Source: a virus (Duplodnaviria; Caudoviricetes). From it: a stretch of 40,054 nucleotides of DNA. A model generated the notes under the pieces. That model was not told where the DNA came from. It did not search any database and worked only from the letters and a program-made list of their open reading frames with translations. This document shows, one piece after another, positions 25,993 through 33,843 of this stretch. A program made the position numbers and the translations under genes. Positions within the stretch are counted from its first letter, which is position 1, and every line of letters starts with the position of its first letter. The stretch is from positions 1-40,054 of IMG/VR virus record IMGVR_UViG_3300048575_000517, one strand, 5' to 3'.

Positions 25993-26780
25993 ATGATGCG
26001 TTCGCTCAGGAACTGCCGGCAGTAACGGTCGAACGATGATTTGAACTCAGCCAGCGCGGCGCGCTCGGCTATCTTGTAGAAGTCGAGGCGAACGCCGTAT
26101 TTTGGCGTCTGAACGAAGAACATCACCGGCTTTACGGCCGATCCGTGCGAGAACTCGAAGCGCTGGTAGATGCCTGGGCGCAACTTTCCGTGCGGCCGCC
26201 AGAGGACAAAGTAGGAAAAACCACGCGCCCCGTTTTTTTTGTCCTTGGCCAGCGCGCGCTTGCGCTTGTCGGTCATGTTCTGCCGCGCGCCGGCGTACTG
26301 CTCGAAGCCCTGGAACCACGAAATGATCTGCACGATCTGGGCGCCGCTCATGTTGCCGTACTGGTCGAGCTTGGCCGCCGGCCCCGGCACGATCGCCATT
26401 CCAGCCGGAAGCACGCCGACGCGCTGCAGCGCAACCTCGTGCCGCTTCATCCGGCGGTTCCCGCCGTAGATTTCGGCGTTGAGCACCTGGCCGGCGGTGA
26501 CGTTGGTCTTGTTACCCCACGCGTCGAAGTCGATGCGCGTGACCGGGCGCGCCGCCGTCGCCTTGGTGTAGCGCACCGAGCGCTGTATCCACGGCGTCGG
26601 GCGATCGAAGACGCGCTTGATCTCGTCAGTTGTCGCCTGGTATCCGGCGCGTCCAGCATCGTTGAGCGCCGCGACCTTCGCCACCTCGACCTTGCGCGCA
26701 AGACCGGACAGTCGCAGATTGAGCGCGTCGAAGCCGCTCGTGTCCACCTTGATGACCACCCCGCCGATATTCATCGACAT
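25989..26780 (-). CDS. gpZ-like (tail completion/morphogenesis) protein
   Basis: AALNDAG...VFDRPTPW...YGGNRRMK...LDQYGN motifs; coupled to both neighbours. Confidence 0.6.
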   Translation of the reverse strand: MSMNIGGVVIKVDTSGFDALNLRLSGLARKVEVAKVAALNDAGRAGYQATTDEIKRVFDRPTPWIQRSVRYTKATAARPVTRIDFDAWGNKTNVTAGQVLNAEIYGGNRRMKRHEVALQRVGVLPAGMAIVPGPAAKLDQYGNMSGAQIVQIISWFQGFEQYAGARQNMTDKRKRALAKDKKNGARGFSYFVLWRPHGKLRPGIYQRFEFSHGSAVKPVMFFVQTPKYGVRLDFYKIAERAALAEFKSSFDRYCRQFLSERII

Positions 26781-26974
26781 CAAAGCACCTCGTCATCATG
26801 AGTCGGCCAGCGACTGCCGACCTCGATACCGTTCTCGCTCGCCCAGAAGCCGCCATTGCCAGCCATTCCCGACCGGATCTGCGCGTCGATCTGATCCTTG
26901 CCGAATGCCTCGCGCATGTCATCGATAAAATCGGTGACCAGTGGCATCGACTCGCGCAGGCTCTGAGCTTTCAC
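26780..26974 (-). CDS. Small conserved phage hypothetical protein
   Basis: LRESMPLVTDFIDDMREAFG...FWASENGIEVG; TGATG coupling; start uncertain (GTG). Confidence 0.65.
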   Translation of the reverse strand: MKAQSLRESMPLVTDFIDDMREAFGKDQIDAQIRSGMAGNGGFWASENGIEVGSRWPTHDDEVL

Positions 26975-27005
26975 TATGCTGGCGCCCCATACCCTAGCGT
27001 TTCCT

Positions 27006-27048
27006 CGAGGTGCGAATGACCCGCAATGAGGAAGCGCAGGAAGGACCC
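27006..27048 (-). other. Lambda-like cos site candidate (cosQ + cosN-like)
   Basis: Minus strand GGGTCCT followed by ...GCGGGTCATTCGCACCTCG; intergenic; phage has a gpA-type terminase. Confidence 0.6.
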
Positions 27049-27114
27049 GCATTCCGGTGAAATAAAGTTCACTCAAGCCTCCGCGCGAGCAATCAATACC
27101 AATGGGGAACGGGG

Positions 27115-27327
27115 CTAGTGACCGAGACGCCGCGCCGTTGCACGGCGCTTCTCGTAGTCGTCGCGGCAGTCGCGGTCGCAAAAGCGCGCTCCGGGCGGGA
27201 CGCTGGCCTCGCAGTTGTGGCAGGCGCCGATAGCGGCGAGCTCGCGCTCGTGGCGCTCCGACTCGTTGATCAGGTCGATCTCGCGTAGGAATTCGGCGGC
27301 GTCCTGCGCCTGGTCGAGCATGTCCAT
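27115..27327 (-). CDS. TraR/DksA-like C4 zinc-finger protein
   Basis: N-terminal DMLDQA (DxxDxA); CHNC...CDRDC. Confidence 0.7.
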   Translation of the reverse strand: MDMLDQAQDAAEFLREIDLINESERHERELAAIGACHNCEASVPPGARFCDRDCRDDYEKRRATARRLGH

Positions 27328-27830
27328 CACGACACCCGCTTGACCAGCGTGGCACGCGCCGGGACGTCGCGCACCATCGTTTCGAGTTCGGCCAGCAGGT
27401 GCATGATCGCGCGCACCGAGCGGTAGCCGCGCAGGCGCAGCGAGGCGAACTCATCGGAATCGACGACTCCGTCTTCGCGCGCCGATGTGAATTCCTGCGA
27501 CAGTGCGCCCATCTGCTGGATGATGTCGAGATAAGCCGCGAGCACGTCGTCCTCGCCCGCCTCGCCGGCCGGCAGCGGCAGGAAGATGCCGTCGAAGTCG
27601 GCGGCGATCGCCTCGGCGTACGCCGTCGATCCGGTCGCGGCTTGCGCGAAGTGCGCCAGTGCGCGCTCTTCGCGGCCCGTCAGCTCGTTGTGCGGGTTGG
27701 CCTCGGAAAACTTGTTGTAGAGCACGCCGACCGAGCGGCCGATGCCCTTGGCCGCCGCGGCGATGCCGCCGGGGATGCCGAGAATGTCGTTGTGCAGCAC
27801 GGCGGCCGGGTCACGCTTGGGATGAGACAT
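27327..27830 (-). CDS. Phage regulatory CII-family protein
   Basis: PGGIAAAAKGIGRSVGVLYNK...EDGVVDSDE pattern; GGAGG SD; downstream of cro. Confidence 0.8.
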   Translation of the reverse strand: MSHPKRDPAAVLHNDILGIPGGIAAAAKGIGRSVGVLYNKFSEANPHNELTGREERALAHFAQAATGSTAYAEAIAADFDGIFLPLPAGEAGEDDVLAAYLDIIQQMGALSQEFTSAREDGVVDSDEFASLRLRGYRSVRAIMHLLAELETMVRDVPARATLVKRVS

Positions 27831-28022
27831 GGCGAACCTCCCTCAGTAAACAGCTTGTGTGTGCTGGGCTACAGTGAGCCCATGGAAACAACGCGCCGAC
27901 TCCCGCGGCAAAAAAGACGCCCCGCCCGGCGCGAGCCGGACGAGGCGCAAGACACGCCGCGCGTAGCCATCGCGGACGTGACAGCCGAGGGAGAGGCGGC
28001 CGATTTGACGAGAGGATTGAAA

Positions 28023-28310
28023 ATGCACGACGCCATCGAAGCGCGGTTGGACGCCCTGACGACGCAGCTCATCGCCCTGCAGGCGACGCTGGTCGCGCTG
28101 GTGCCGGTGATCAGCATCGTCGACGCGGACGACGTGCGAGCCGCGATGCGCGGCGCGTGCCGGGATGCGGCGGCGACGCTCGAGGCCGCGCGGTTTGACG
28201 ACGCGCGGATCGCGGATGTGGTGCGCGAGATCGAGACGCTGTCCGGCGAGATCATCGACCGCGCGCGAAGGCCGGCGGTCGGGTACGTGGTGAAGGCGAT
28301 GCCATGCTGA
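28023..28310 (+). CDS. Hypothetical helical protein (95 aa), opposite strand to the cro operon
   Basis: GAGAGG SD, high third-position GC, amphipathic helices. Confidence 0.6.
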   Translation: MHDAIEARLDALTTQLIALQATLVALVPVISIVDADDVRAAMRGACRDAAATLEAARFDDARIADVVREIETLSGEIIDRARRPAVGYVVKAMPC

Positions 28311-28361
28311 CGGTATCGACGCGGCATGATGTCGGGATAGACTTTGTGGTTCATATCAACA

Positions 28362-28682
28362 TCAAGAAAGGACCGAGCCATGACCATCAGCGTCGACGCC
28401 GTGAGCGTCGACATGAGCTGCCCGAAGTGCGGCAAGAAGCTCAAGTAAACCGTCGGACGGCTCAAACGAAACAAGAGCTTCGCCTGCCCGGACTGCGGGC
28501 GTATCACCGTGGACACGCAGCAGCTTGTCGACGCAGAGCGATCCATCAACAAACAGCTCGACGGCCTTGGGGTAACGATCCCCGTCAAGCTCAAATTCTG
28601 ACGGTCCCAGCAGCGATTGAAGCTCGGCGATCGCCGCGTCGAAGCGTGTCGAATCGGCGCGCAGGAGAATCGATAAGGGCAT
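28362..28682 (-). CDS. Hypothetical protein translationally coupled to cro
   Basis: TGATG overlap with the cro stop; open 106 codons. Confidence 0.55.
   Translation of the reverse strand: MPLSILLRADSTRFDAAIAELQSLLGPSEFELDGDRYPKAVELFVDGSLCVDKLLRVHGDTPAVRAGEALVSFEPSDGLLELLAALRAAHVDAHGVDADGHGSVLS
28380..28601 (+). pseudogene. Zinc-ribbon protein gene interrupted by an in-frame TAA
   Basis: MTISVDAVSVDMSCPKCGKKLK*TVGRLKRNKSFACPDCG...KLKF; AAAGGA SD; stop at 28446-28448 between the two CxxC pairs. Confidence 0.75.
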
Positions 28683-28918
28683 CACGCAGCCTCCTGGTGG
28701 TCGGCGCTGGGCGCCGGGGTTACTGCATCAACGGGGCGCACGCGAACGACGGACCCATGCAGTTCGATGAGCTTCTGGCCGTCGCGCCACTTGAGGTCAG
28801 AACACTTTTCGCTCAGCACCGAGCTAACCCACGCTTGAGAACGCCCAATGCGTTCGGCGATCTGCTCTTGAGACCAGCCTGCCGCGATGATTTGAGCGAT
28901 GAGTGTTTTCCAGTCCAT
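28682..28918 (-). CDS. cro: Cro-like HTH repressor
   Basis: WSQEQIAERIGRSQAWVSSV HTH; divergent from the repressor. Confidence 0.85.
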   Translation of the reverse strand: MDWKTLIAQIIAAGWSQEQIAERIGRSQAWVSSVLSEKCSDLKWRDGQKLIELHGSVVRVRPVDAVTPAPSADHQEAA

Positions 28919-28924
28919 GTGCAC

Positions 28925-28990
28925 AATATAGAAAAGTTGATATTTTACGTCAACACCTTTTTTATATTCTTCTGTACCACCATCTTGATA
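28925..28990 (-). promoter_or_regulatory. PR-like promoter with overlapping operator candidates
   Basis: Minus strand TTGACG-17 bp-TATATT (28953-28925); imperfect TATCA-N6-TGATA palindromes. Confidence 0.8.
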
Positions 28991-29370
28991 TGGAAATGCT
29001 TGGCGAACGCCTGAAACGACTGCGCAAGGAGGCCGACCTCACACAGGTAGAGTTGGCACAGAAGGCCGGCGTTTCTCAGGCGACAATCAGCGGGATCGAA
29101 TCAAGCGGACGGGCCAAACAGCCCGCCACCTTGATTGATATCGCGCACGCACTCGGCGTCGACGCGTACCACCTCAAGACCGGGCGCGGCAAAGCCAAGC
29201 CATCTCAGCTAACCGAACAAGAATCGGCGCTTCTCGACGACTTTCGCGGGCTCACCCCCGACCAGCGCATCGAGTATGCGTCAGCCATCGCACTCGAAGC
29301 TGAACTTAACAAGGCGCGTGCGAAGCTCGGGCTACCCAAGACTACTGATTTGCGACCCACCGGGACCTAG
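28990..29370 (+). CDS. CI-like XRE repressor without a peptidase S24 domain
   Basis: LGERLKRLR...LTQVELAQKAGVSQATISGIE HTH; 126 aa. Confidence 0.9.
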   Translation: MEMLGERLKRLRKEADLTQVELAQKAGVSQATISGIESSGRAKQPATLIDIAHALGVDAYHLKTGRGKAKPSQLTEQESALLDDFRGLTPDQRIEYASAIALEAELNKARAKLGLPKTTDLRPTGT

Positions 29371-29710
29371 CTTCGCTATAGAGCGTAACGCGGTCCATGA
29401 ATCCTTCGCGGTCAGTCGCCACAGCGACGTAAATCCGATACTCGCCAGCGTCGAAGCGCGCGCGCATCGAAGCAAGCCGATCAAGAGGGGCAGATTCCCA
29501 ACGCGACGGGACACAGTCGGCCGTTGTTTCGTAATGCGCTGGCGCATACACCTCAAGACGCTCTTCGTCGCCGTCGTGCGTTACGCCGACGATGCGCAAC
29601 AGGACGTAACCGCCCCGGTCGTAGCGGGCGCGCATCACAGCCAAAGTTTCATGCGCATTCGTCGCACGCCGTAGCGCAACAACTTCGCAACCTGCGGTTC
29701 GAATTTTCAT
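29342..29710 (-). CDS. Hypothetical protein with an internal tandem domain duplication
   Basis: GGAGGTG SD; two MRAR(Y/F)DxGxY repeats. Confidence 0.7.
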   Translation of the reverse strand: MKIRTAGCEVVALRRATNAHETLAVMRARYDRGGYVLLRIVGVTHDGDEERLEVYAPAHYETTADCVPSRWESAPLDRLASMRARFDAGEYRIYVAVATDREGFMDRVTLYSEARSRWVANQ

Positions 29711-30043
29711 GAAAAAACACCTCCCGACGACGCAAGCTGGCGCCCATCGAAAATGCACTTCGCATTCAAATGGTGTATAAAATACAAAAACTTATGTTCG
29801 CGCAGAACGCGTGATTAGGCTTCCTTCATAACATCACGCGCCTATTCTGTAAAGGCAAACTCACAAGGCGCAGCGGGCGAAGCACAGCGCGCCCGTGCGC
29901 GCCAACTTTGCCACCTCGCCGCAGCGACTTTTCAGGGGGACAGAGCAGATCGAGCGGGAACTCGGTCAGCAGCCGGACGGCTCGCATACCAGCAACAATG
30001 ACGATGGTCTATAATTCAGCCAGCAATTCTGACCGGAGGCCCT

Positions 30044-30487
30044 ATGCGCATCGCCCTGGCCCTACTGATTATCCCCACCCTAGCCTACGCTCAAGTCTAT
30101 AAGTGCGTAGTCAACGGGAAGACACAGTACGCCGAACGTCCGTGCGCCCCGAACGCGAAATTCATACCGCCACCCGACGTCATGACAGAGAGTCGCAGAT
30201 CGGAAGCCGCCGAGGTCGCCCAACGCGAGAAGCTGATGGCGCTCGAGCACGAGATTGACAACCTGCAGCAGCAGAATACGCAGATTCGTCGCTCAATATC
30301 GGCCACCCCCCAGCCGGCGTACCGAGCCAAAGATCGGTGCGCAGACCTGTTACGCGTCGCCAAGAACGCCAAAGACGAAGCTGAACTCTATGTAACGCCG
30401 CGCTTTCGCGAAGATGCGAAGCGTCGACAAAAAGAGGCGGAGGACGCCCATTTCACTGAATGCTATGGGTCGGTCGACGTGAACTAA
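30044..30487 (+). CDS. Secreted DUF4124-domain protein
   Basis: Signal peptide ending AYA-Q, then VYKCVVNGKTQYAERPC; GGAGG SD; TATAAT at 30010. Confidence 0.8.
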   Translation: MRIALALLIIPTLAYAQVYKCVVNGKTQYAERPCAPNAKFIPPPDVMTESRRSEAAEVAQREKLMALEHEIDNLQQQNTQIRRSISATPQPAYRAKDRCADLLRVAKNAKDEAELYVTPRFREDAKRRQKEAEDAHFTECYGSVDVN

Positions 30488-30511
30488 ACCCCTCCGCAAC
30501 AACACCTCACC

Positions 30512-30534
30512 GCTCGCTATAGCGAGCTTTTTTT
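30512..30534 (+). terminator. Intrinsic terminator
   Basis: GCTCGC-TATA-GCGAGC-TTTTTTT. Confidence 0.85.
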
Positions 30535-30572
30535 CTCTCTCTAACGAAATCGTGATGTTGCACGCCTAAAAT

Positions 30573-30614
30573 TATCAAAAAGTTGTTGACGTGATATATC
30601 ACGTTCTCTATATT
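30573..30614 (+). promoter_or_regulatory. PL-like promoter of the early operon with operator candidates
   Basis: TTGACG(30586)-17 bp-TATATT(30609); near copy of the PR region. Confidence 0.8.
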
Positions 30615-30650
30615 TATGGCGTACCTCCTACCAACCCACTGGAGCCCGCC

Positions 30651-31076
30651 ATGAACACAATCCGCCACCTCGCCCTGCAGCTCGAGCTGTCGCGCATCGA
30701 AGCGCAAGGCGCCGCGCACACGCAGGCGATCATCAACCGCGCCGCAGACCTCGAGGCGGCGTACGACCTGTGCCTGACCGTCTCGGTCGGCCTGCCCGAG
30801 CGCGAGGCGTTCCGACCGACCGTGACCTACGACGACGAGGACGGCGTGTGCACCGGCTGCCAGATCAACGTGATGCCGCTCGAGCGCGGCGCCGAGTTCC
30901 TCGAGCGCGCGACCGATGCGGGCCTCACCTTCGCGCCGGCAGGGCATCCTTACGGCGCGCTGCGCGACCTCGAATTCACCGGATTTCCGCGCGTGCACGT
31001 GCTCATCCCCGAGCGCGAGCTCGACGACTACCAGCGCCAGGCGTGGCGCGCACGGGCCGCGGCGAAGGCGGCGTGA
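30651..31076 (+). CDS. Hypothetical early protein
   Basis: GGAG SD, first gene after PL. Confidence 0.75.
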   Translation: MNTIRHLALQLELSRIEAQGAAHTQAIINRAADLEAAYDLCLTVSVGLPEREAFRPTVTYDDEDGVCTGCQINVMPLERGAEFLERATDAGLTFAPAGHPYGALRDLEFTGFPRVHVLIPERELDDYQRQAWRARAAAKAA

Positions 31077-31103
31077 TCTCAACAGGCAATGGGAGGGGAA
31101 AAC

Positions 31104-31601
31104 ATGGAACGCAACTGGATCGCGCTCGGCGACGACCACGACACGCACAAACTTGTCGTCACCCCTGACGAAACCGGGCACGTCTCGCGCTACTCCGTCC
31201 AGCCGACCGGAAATTACAACTGGCAGGCACGCCGGATTGACTTCGAGCGGTGCGCCAGCGGCTCGGTTCCGACGCTCGAGGACGCCATGCGCGAAGCCGA
31301 GCGCCATCTCGACATGCCGATCGCCGAGTTCAACGCCGTCGTCGCGCGCAAGTTCCTCGAGCGGCGCGACGAGGCCGACGACATGCTCAAGCAGCTCGGA
31401 CTCGACGGCCTGGACGATGGCGACCGCTACCACGCCGGCTACACCGCGGGCTTTGTCGCTGGCGCGGCCGGAAACGACCGCTACCACGCCGGCTACACCG
31501 ACGGCTTCGAAGCCGCACGCGTCGCGATTCTCGCTGCGCTCGACAAGCTGCGCGCCCAGCACGCCGCCCCCGCTCAATCCGCCGCACAGGTGCCGGCATG
31601 A
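31104..31601 (+). CDS. Hypothetical early protein with DRYHAGYTxGF repeat
   Basis: GGAGG SD; ATGA coupling to the next gene. Confidence 0.7.
   Translation: MERNWIALGDDHDTHKLVVTPDETGHVSRYSVQPTGNYNWQARRIDFERCASGSVPTLEDAMREAERHLDMPIAEFNAVVARKFLERRDEADDMLKQLGLDGLDDGDRYHAGYTAGFVAGAAGNDRYHAGYTDGFEAARVAILAALDKLRAQHAAPAQSAAQVPA
31421..31500 (+). repeat. 26-bp perfect direct repeat, 54-bp period, in frame
   Basis: CGACCGCTACCACGCCGGCTACACCG at 31421 and 31475. Confidence 0.9.
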
Positions 31602-32107
31602 TCACCATTCCCGCCGCCATCATCGCGACCGTCGAAGCCATCCTGCTCTGCGTCGCCGTCTCGCTCGCCGTGTCCATGCTCGTCGGCTTCGCGATCCGAG
31701 CCGCCGGCCCGTCCGGCATGGCGCGCGCCGCCGTGTCGTACCGCCTGGCGGCCGGCGCCGCGCTGCGCCGCCCGGGCGAGCGCTACATCGGCTCGCTGGC
31801 CGACGAGGGCGAACACCTTGGCCGTATCACGCACCTTTACATCATCGACGCCAAATGCACGAGTGACTGGCGCACGGCCCGCGCGTGGGCCGCGAAGCAC
31901 GGCGCCGATCTGCCGACCGTCAACGAGCTGCTGCTGATGCGCGTCCAGGCGCGCGACGCGCTCGACGACGGAATCTACTGGACGCAGGAGACTCCCGGCG
32001 CGCACCCGGGCTGGTCGATGACCGTCTGCGCCAGCACCGGCGAGGTCGCCGACGAGCCGCACGGCGCGATTCTGGACGCGGTGGCGGTGCGGCGGGTCGT
32101 TGTCTAG
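31598..32107 (+). CDS. DUF1566 (Lcl C-terminal)-like protein with N-terminal TM helix
   Basis: WRTARAWA...DLPTVNEL...YWT...AVAVRR. Confidence 0.7.
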   Translation: MITIPAAIIATVEAILLCVAVSLAVSMLVGFAIRAAGPSGMARAAVSYRLAAGAALRRPGERYIGSLADEGEHLGRITHLYIIDAKCTSDWRTARAWAAKHGADLPTVNELLLMRVQARDALDDGIYWTQETPGAHPGWSMTVCASTGEVADEPHGAILDAVAVRRVVV

Positions 32108-32166
32108 TCCGATTTCCAACCAGGCCGCCGGCGCGCCTGTCGCAAGCGCCGCAACAAGGAGGACCT

Positions 32167-32511
32167 ATGTCCACTCGTCCCATCACCGACACGCTTCGCC
32201 ACATCGGCGGCGGCGTGTTTATCGACACCGCCAGCGACAAGCTAGCCGAGCTGGTCGCCGCTGTCGACACGTCTGGCAAGGCCGGCCGAATCGACCTGAC
32301 CATCAGCGTCAAGAAGGCGACGCGCGGCGGCGCGATGCACATCACCGGCAAGGTCAAGCTGACCAAGCCGGCCGAAGAGCCGATGGAAGCCATGCTGTTC
32401 GCGACGCCCGAGGGCAACCTCGTCGCCGAAGATCCGCACCAGCAGAAGCTCGACCTCAAGGTCGCGCCCGGCGCCACCGAGACGCCCGCCACCCAACTCA
32501 AGACCGCGTAA
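32167..32511 (+). CDS. Conserved phage protein preceding DUF2303
   Basis: AAVDTSGKAG...LFATPEGNL..EDPHQ; AAGGAGG SD. Confidence 0.8.
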   Translation: MSTRPITDTLRHIGGGVFIDTASDKLAELVAAVDTSGKAGRIDLTISVKKATRGGAMHITGKVKLTKPAEEPMEAMLFATPEGNLVAEDPHQQKLDLKVAPGATETPATQLKTA

Positions 32512-32519
32512 GGAGGCCC

Positions 32520-33374
32520 ATGGACGACAACGAAATGACCAACATCGCCGAAACGCTGGCGCGCGAAATGAAGCAGCCGATCGAGATCATCAGCGAGCCC
32601 GGCGGCAACCTGAAACGTGTCGCCCTGCCGCCCGGCTGGACGCTCGTCGAGAAGGACGACGACGCCAAGCTGCTCGAGCAGCCGCGCCGCAAGATCGCCA
32701 AGGTTCGCCTGCACGACGCCGAGAGCTTCATCGACTACGCGAAGCGCCACGGCTCGATGACCGATAGCACCATCTGGTGCGTCGCCGACTACAAGGCCGG
32801 CAAGGTCAACTTTACCGCCATCATCAACGATCACGGCGAAGACGAGGCCAAGCCTGCCTGGCGCGATCACCGCGCCAGTTTCACCCCGGAATTCTCCGAG
32901 GAATGGAACCGCTGGACGGGAAAGCACAAGCAGCCGTTCAGTCAGGCCGAGTTCGCCTCGTTCGTCGAAGACAACCTCAAGGACATCGCCAGCGTCGAAG
33001 GCCAGCCGACCGGCGCGCAGATGCTCGAGATGGCGCTCACGTTCGAGGCCAACCAGGACATGCGCTTCAAGAGCGCGATCCGCCTACAGAGCGGCGGCGT
33101 GCAGATGCAATTCGTGCAGGACGACGACGCGCAGACGCTGCAGAAGATGCAGGTGTTCGACCGCTTCTCGCTTGGCTTCCCGGTGTTCTGGAATGGCGAC
33201 GCGTACCGCATCGACGCGCGCCTGCGCTACCGCGTGCGCGACGGCAAGCTGACGTTCTGGTTCGAGCTTATCCGCCAGGACAAGGTACTCGAATCCGCGA
33301 CGCAGACGCTGATCGCGCAGATCCGCGAGAAGACCGGAAACCCGTTCTTCTTCGGCGATCCGTTCGCCAACTAG
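32520..33374 (+). CDS. DUF2303 (YfdQ-like) protein
   Basis: SFIDY...INDH...WRDHRA...SQAEFASFVED...ARLRYR; AAGGAGG SD. Confidence 0.85.
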   Translation: MDDNEMTNIAETLAREMKQPIEIISEPGGNLKRVALPPGWTLVEKDDDAKLLEQPRRKIAKVRLHDAESFIDYAKRHGSMTDSTIWCVADYKAGKVNFTAIINDHGEDEAKPAWRDHRASFTPEFSEEWNRWTGKHKQPFSQAEFASFVEDNLKDIASVEGQPTGAQMLEMALTFEANQDMRFKSAIRLQSGGVQMQFVQDDDAQTLQKMQVFDRFSLGFPVFWNGDAYRIDARLRYRVRDGKLTFWFELIRQDKVLESATQTLIAQIREKTGNPFFFGDPFAN

Positions 33375-33382
33375 GTGCCGCC

Positions 33383-33589
33383 ATGATCGCCGCCGTCTTT
33401 TTCCCCGCCGACCGCCTGCCGGAGAACTTCGACCTGGCGGCGATCGCCTTCCAGGCGCAGCGCGCCGGCCTGCGGCTCTACTGCAACGGGCGGCAACATG
33501 CGCTGCTGCCGAGGGCCGTGCGCGGATGGACGGCGGTGAGCGAAGCGCGCGCCGAAACCGCCACCGCGCCCAGGAGACTACCGCGATGA
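33383..33589 (+). CDS. Hypothetical protein
   Basis: Operon position, ATGA coupling. Confidence 0.6.
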   Translation: MIAAVFFPADRLPENFDLAAIAFQAQRAGLRLYCNGRQHALLPRAVRGWTAVSEARAETATAPRRLPR

Positions 33590-33843
33590 CCGCGTTGATC
33601 CTCTTTGCCAGCACCTTCGTGCTGGTCTTCTTCCTCGGCCTGCAGTCGCTCAACGTCAACGGCGGGCGCTACGTCGCCGCCTTCATGACGAGCTTCGGCA
33701 TCGGGCTATCCCAGCTCATGCTCTACAAGCTCGCGCCCGACGCCGACGGCTGGCAGATCGCCGCGTACTTGAGCGGCGGCCCGTTCGGCATCGTCGCGTC
33801 CATGTGGGCGCATCGGCGCTTTTTCTGTCGGCGGCCGGCATGA
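33586..33843 (+). CDS. Small membrane protein
   Basis: Three hydrophobic segments; AGGAG SD. Confidence 0.75.
   Translation: MTALILFASTFVLVFFLGLQSLNVNGGRYVAAFMTSFGIGLSQLMLYKLAPDADGWQIAAYLSGGPFGIVASMWAHRRFFCRRPA

Noticed and set aside
15952-26025. Long plus-strand ORFs (781, 425, 540 and 789 aa)
   Set aside because: Antisense shadows of capsid, portal, terL and primase, expected at this GC content; no domains
29276-29674. 132-aa plus-strand ORF after the repressor
   Set aside because: The opposite-strand ORF 29342-29710 has the SD and an internal repeat; this one has neither
29850-29905. c-di-GMP-I riboswitch suggested by AAAGGCAAAC
   Set aside because: No GNRA-capped stem or downstream GACGCAAAGC element; an Rfam scan would settle it
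3365-31500. CRISPR array
   Set aside because: The repeats found (11-bp-period hexamers, two 21-mers, two 26-mers) lack three or more repeats with unique spacers; no cas genes
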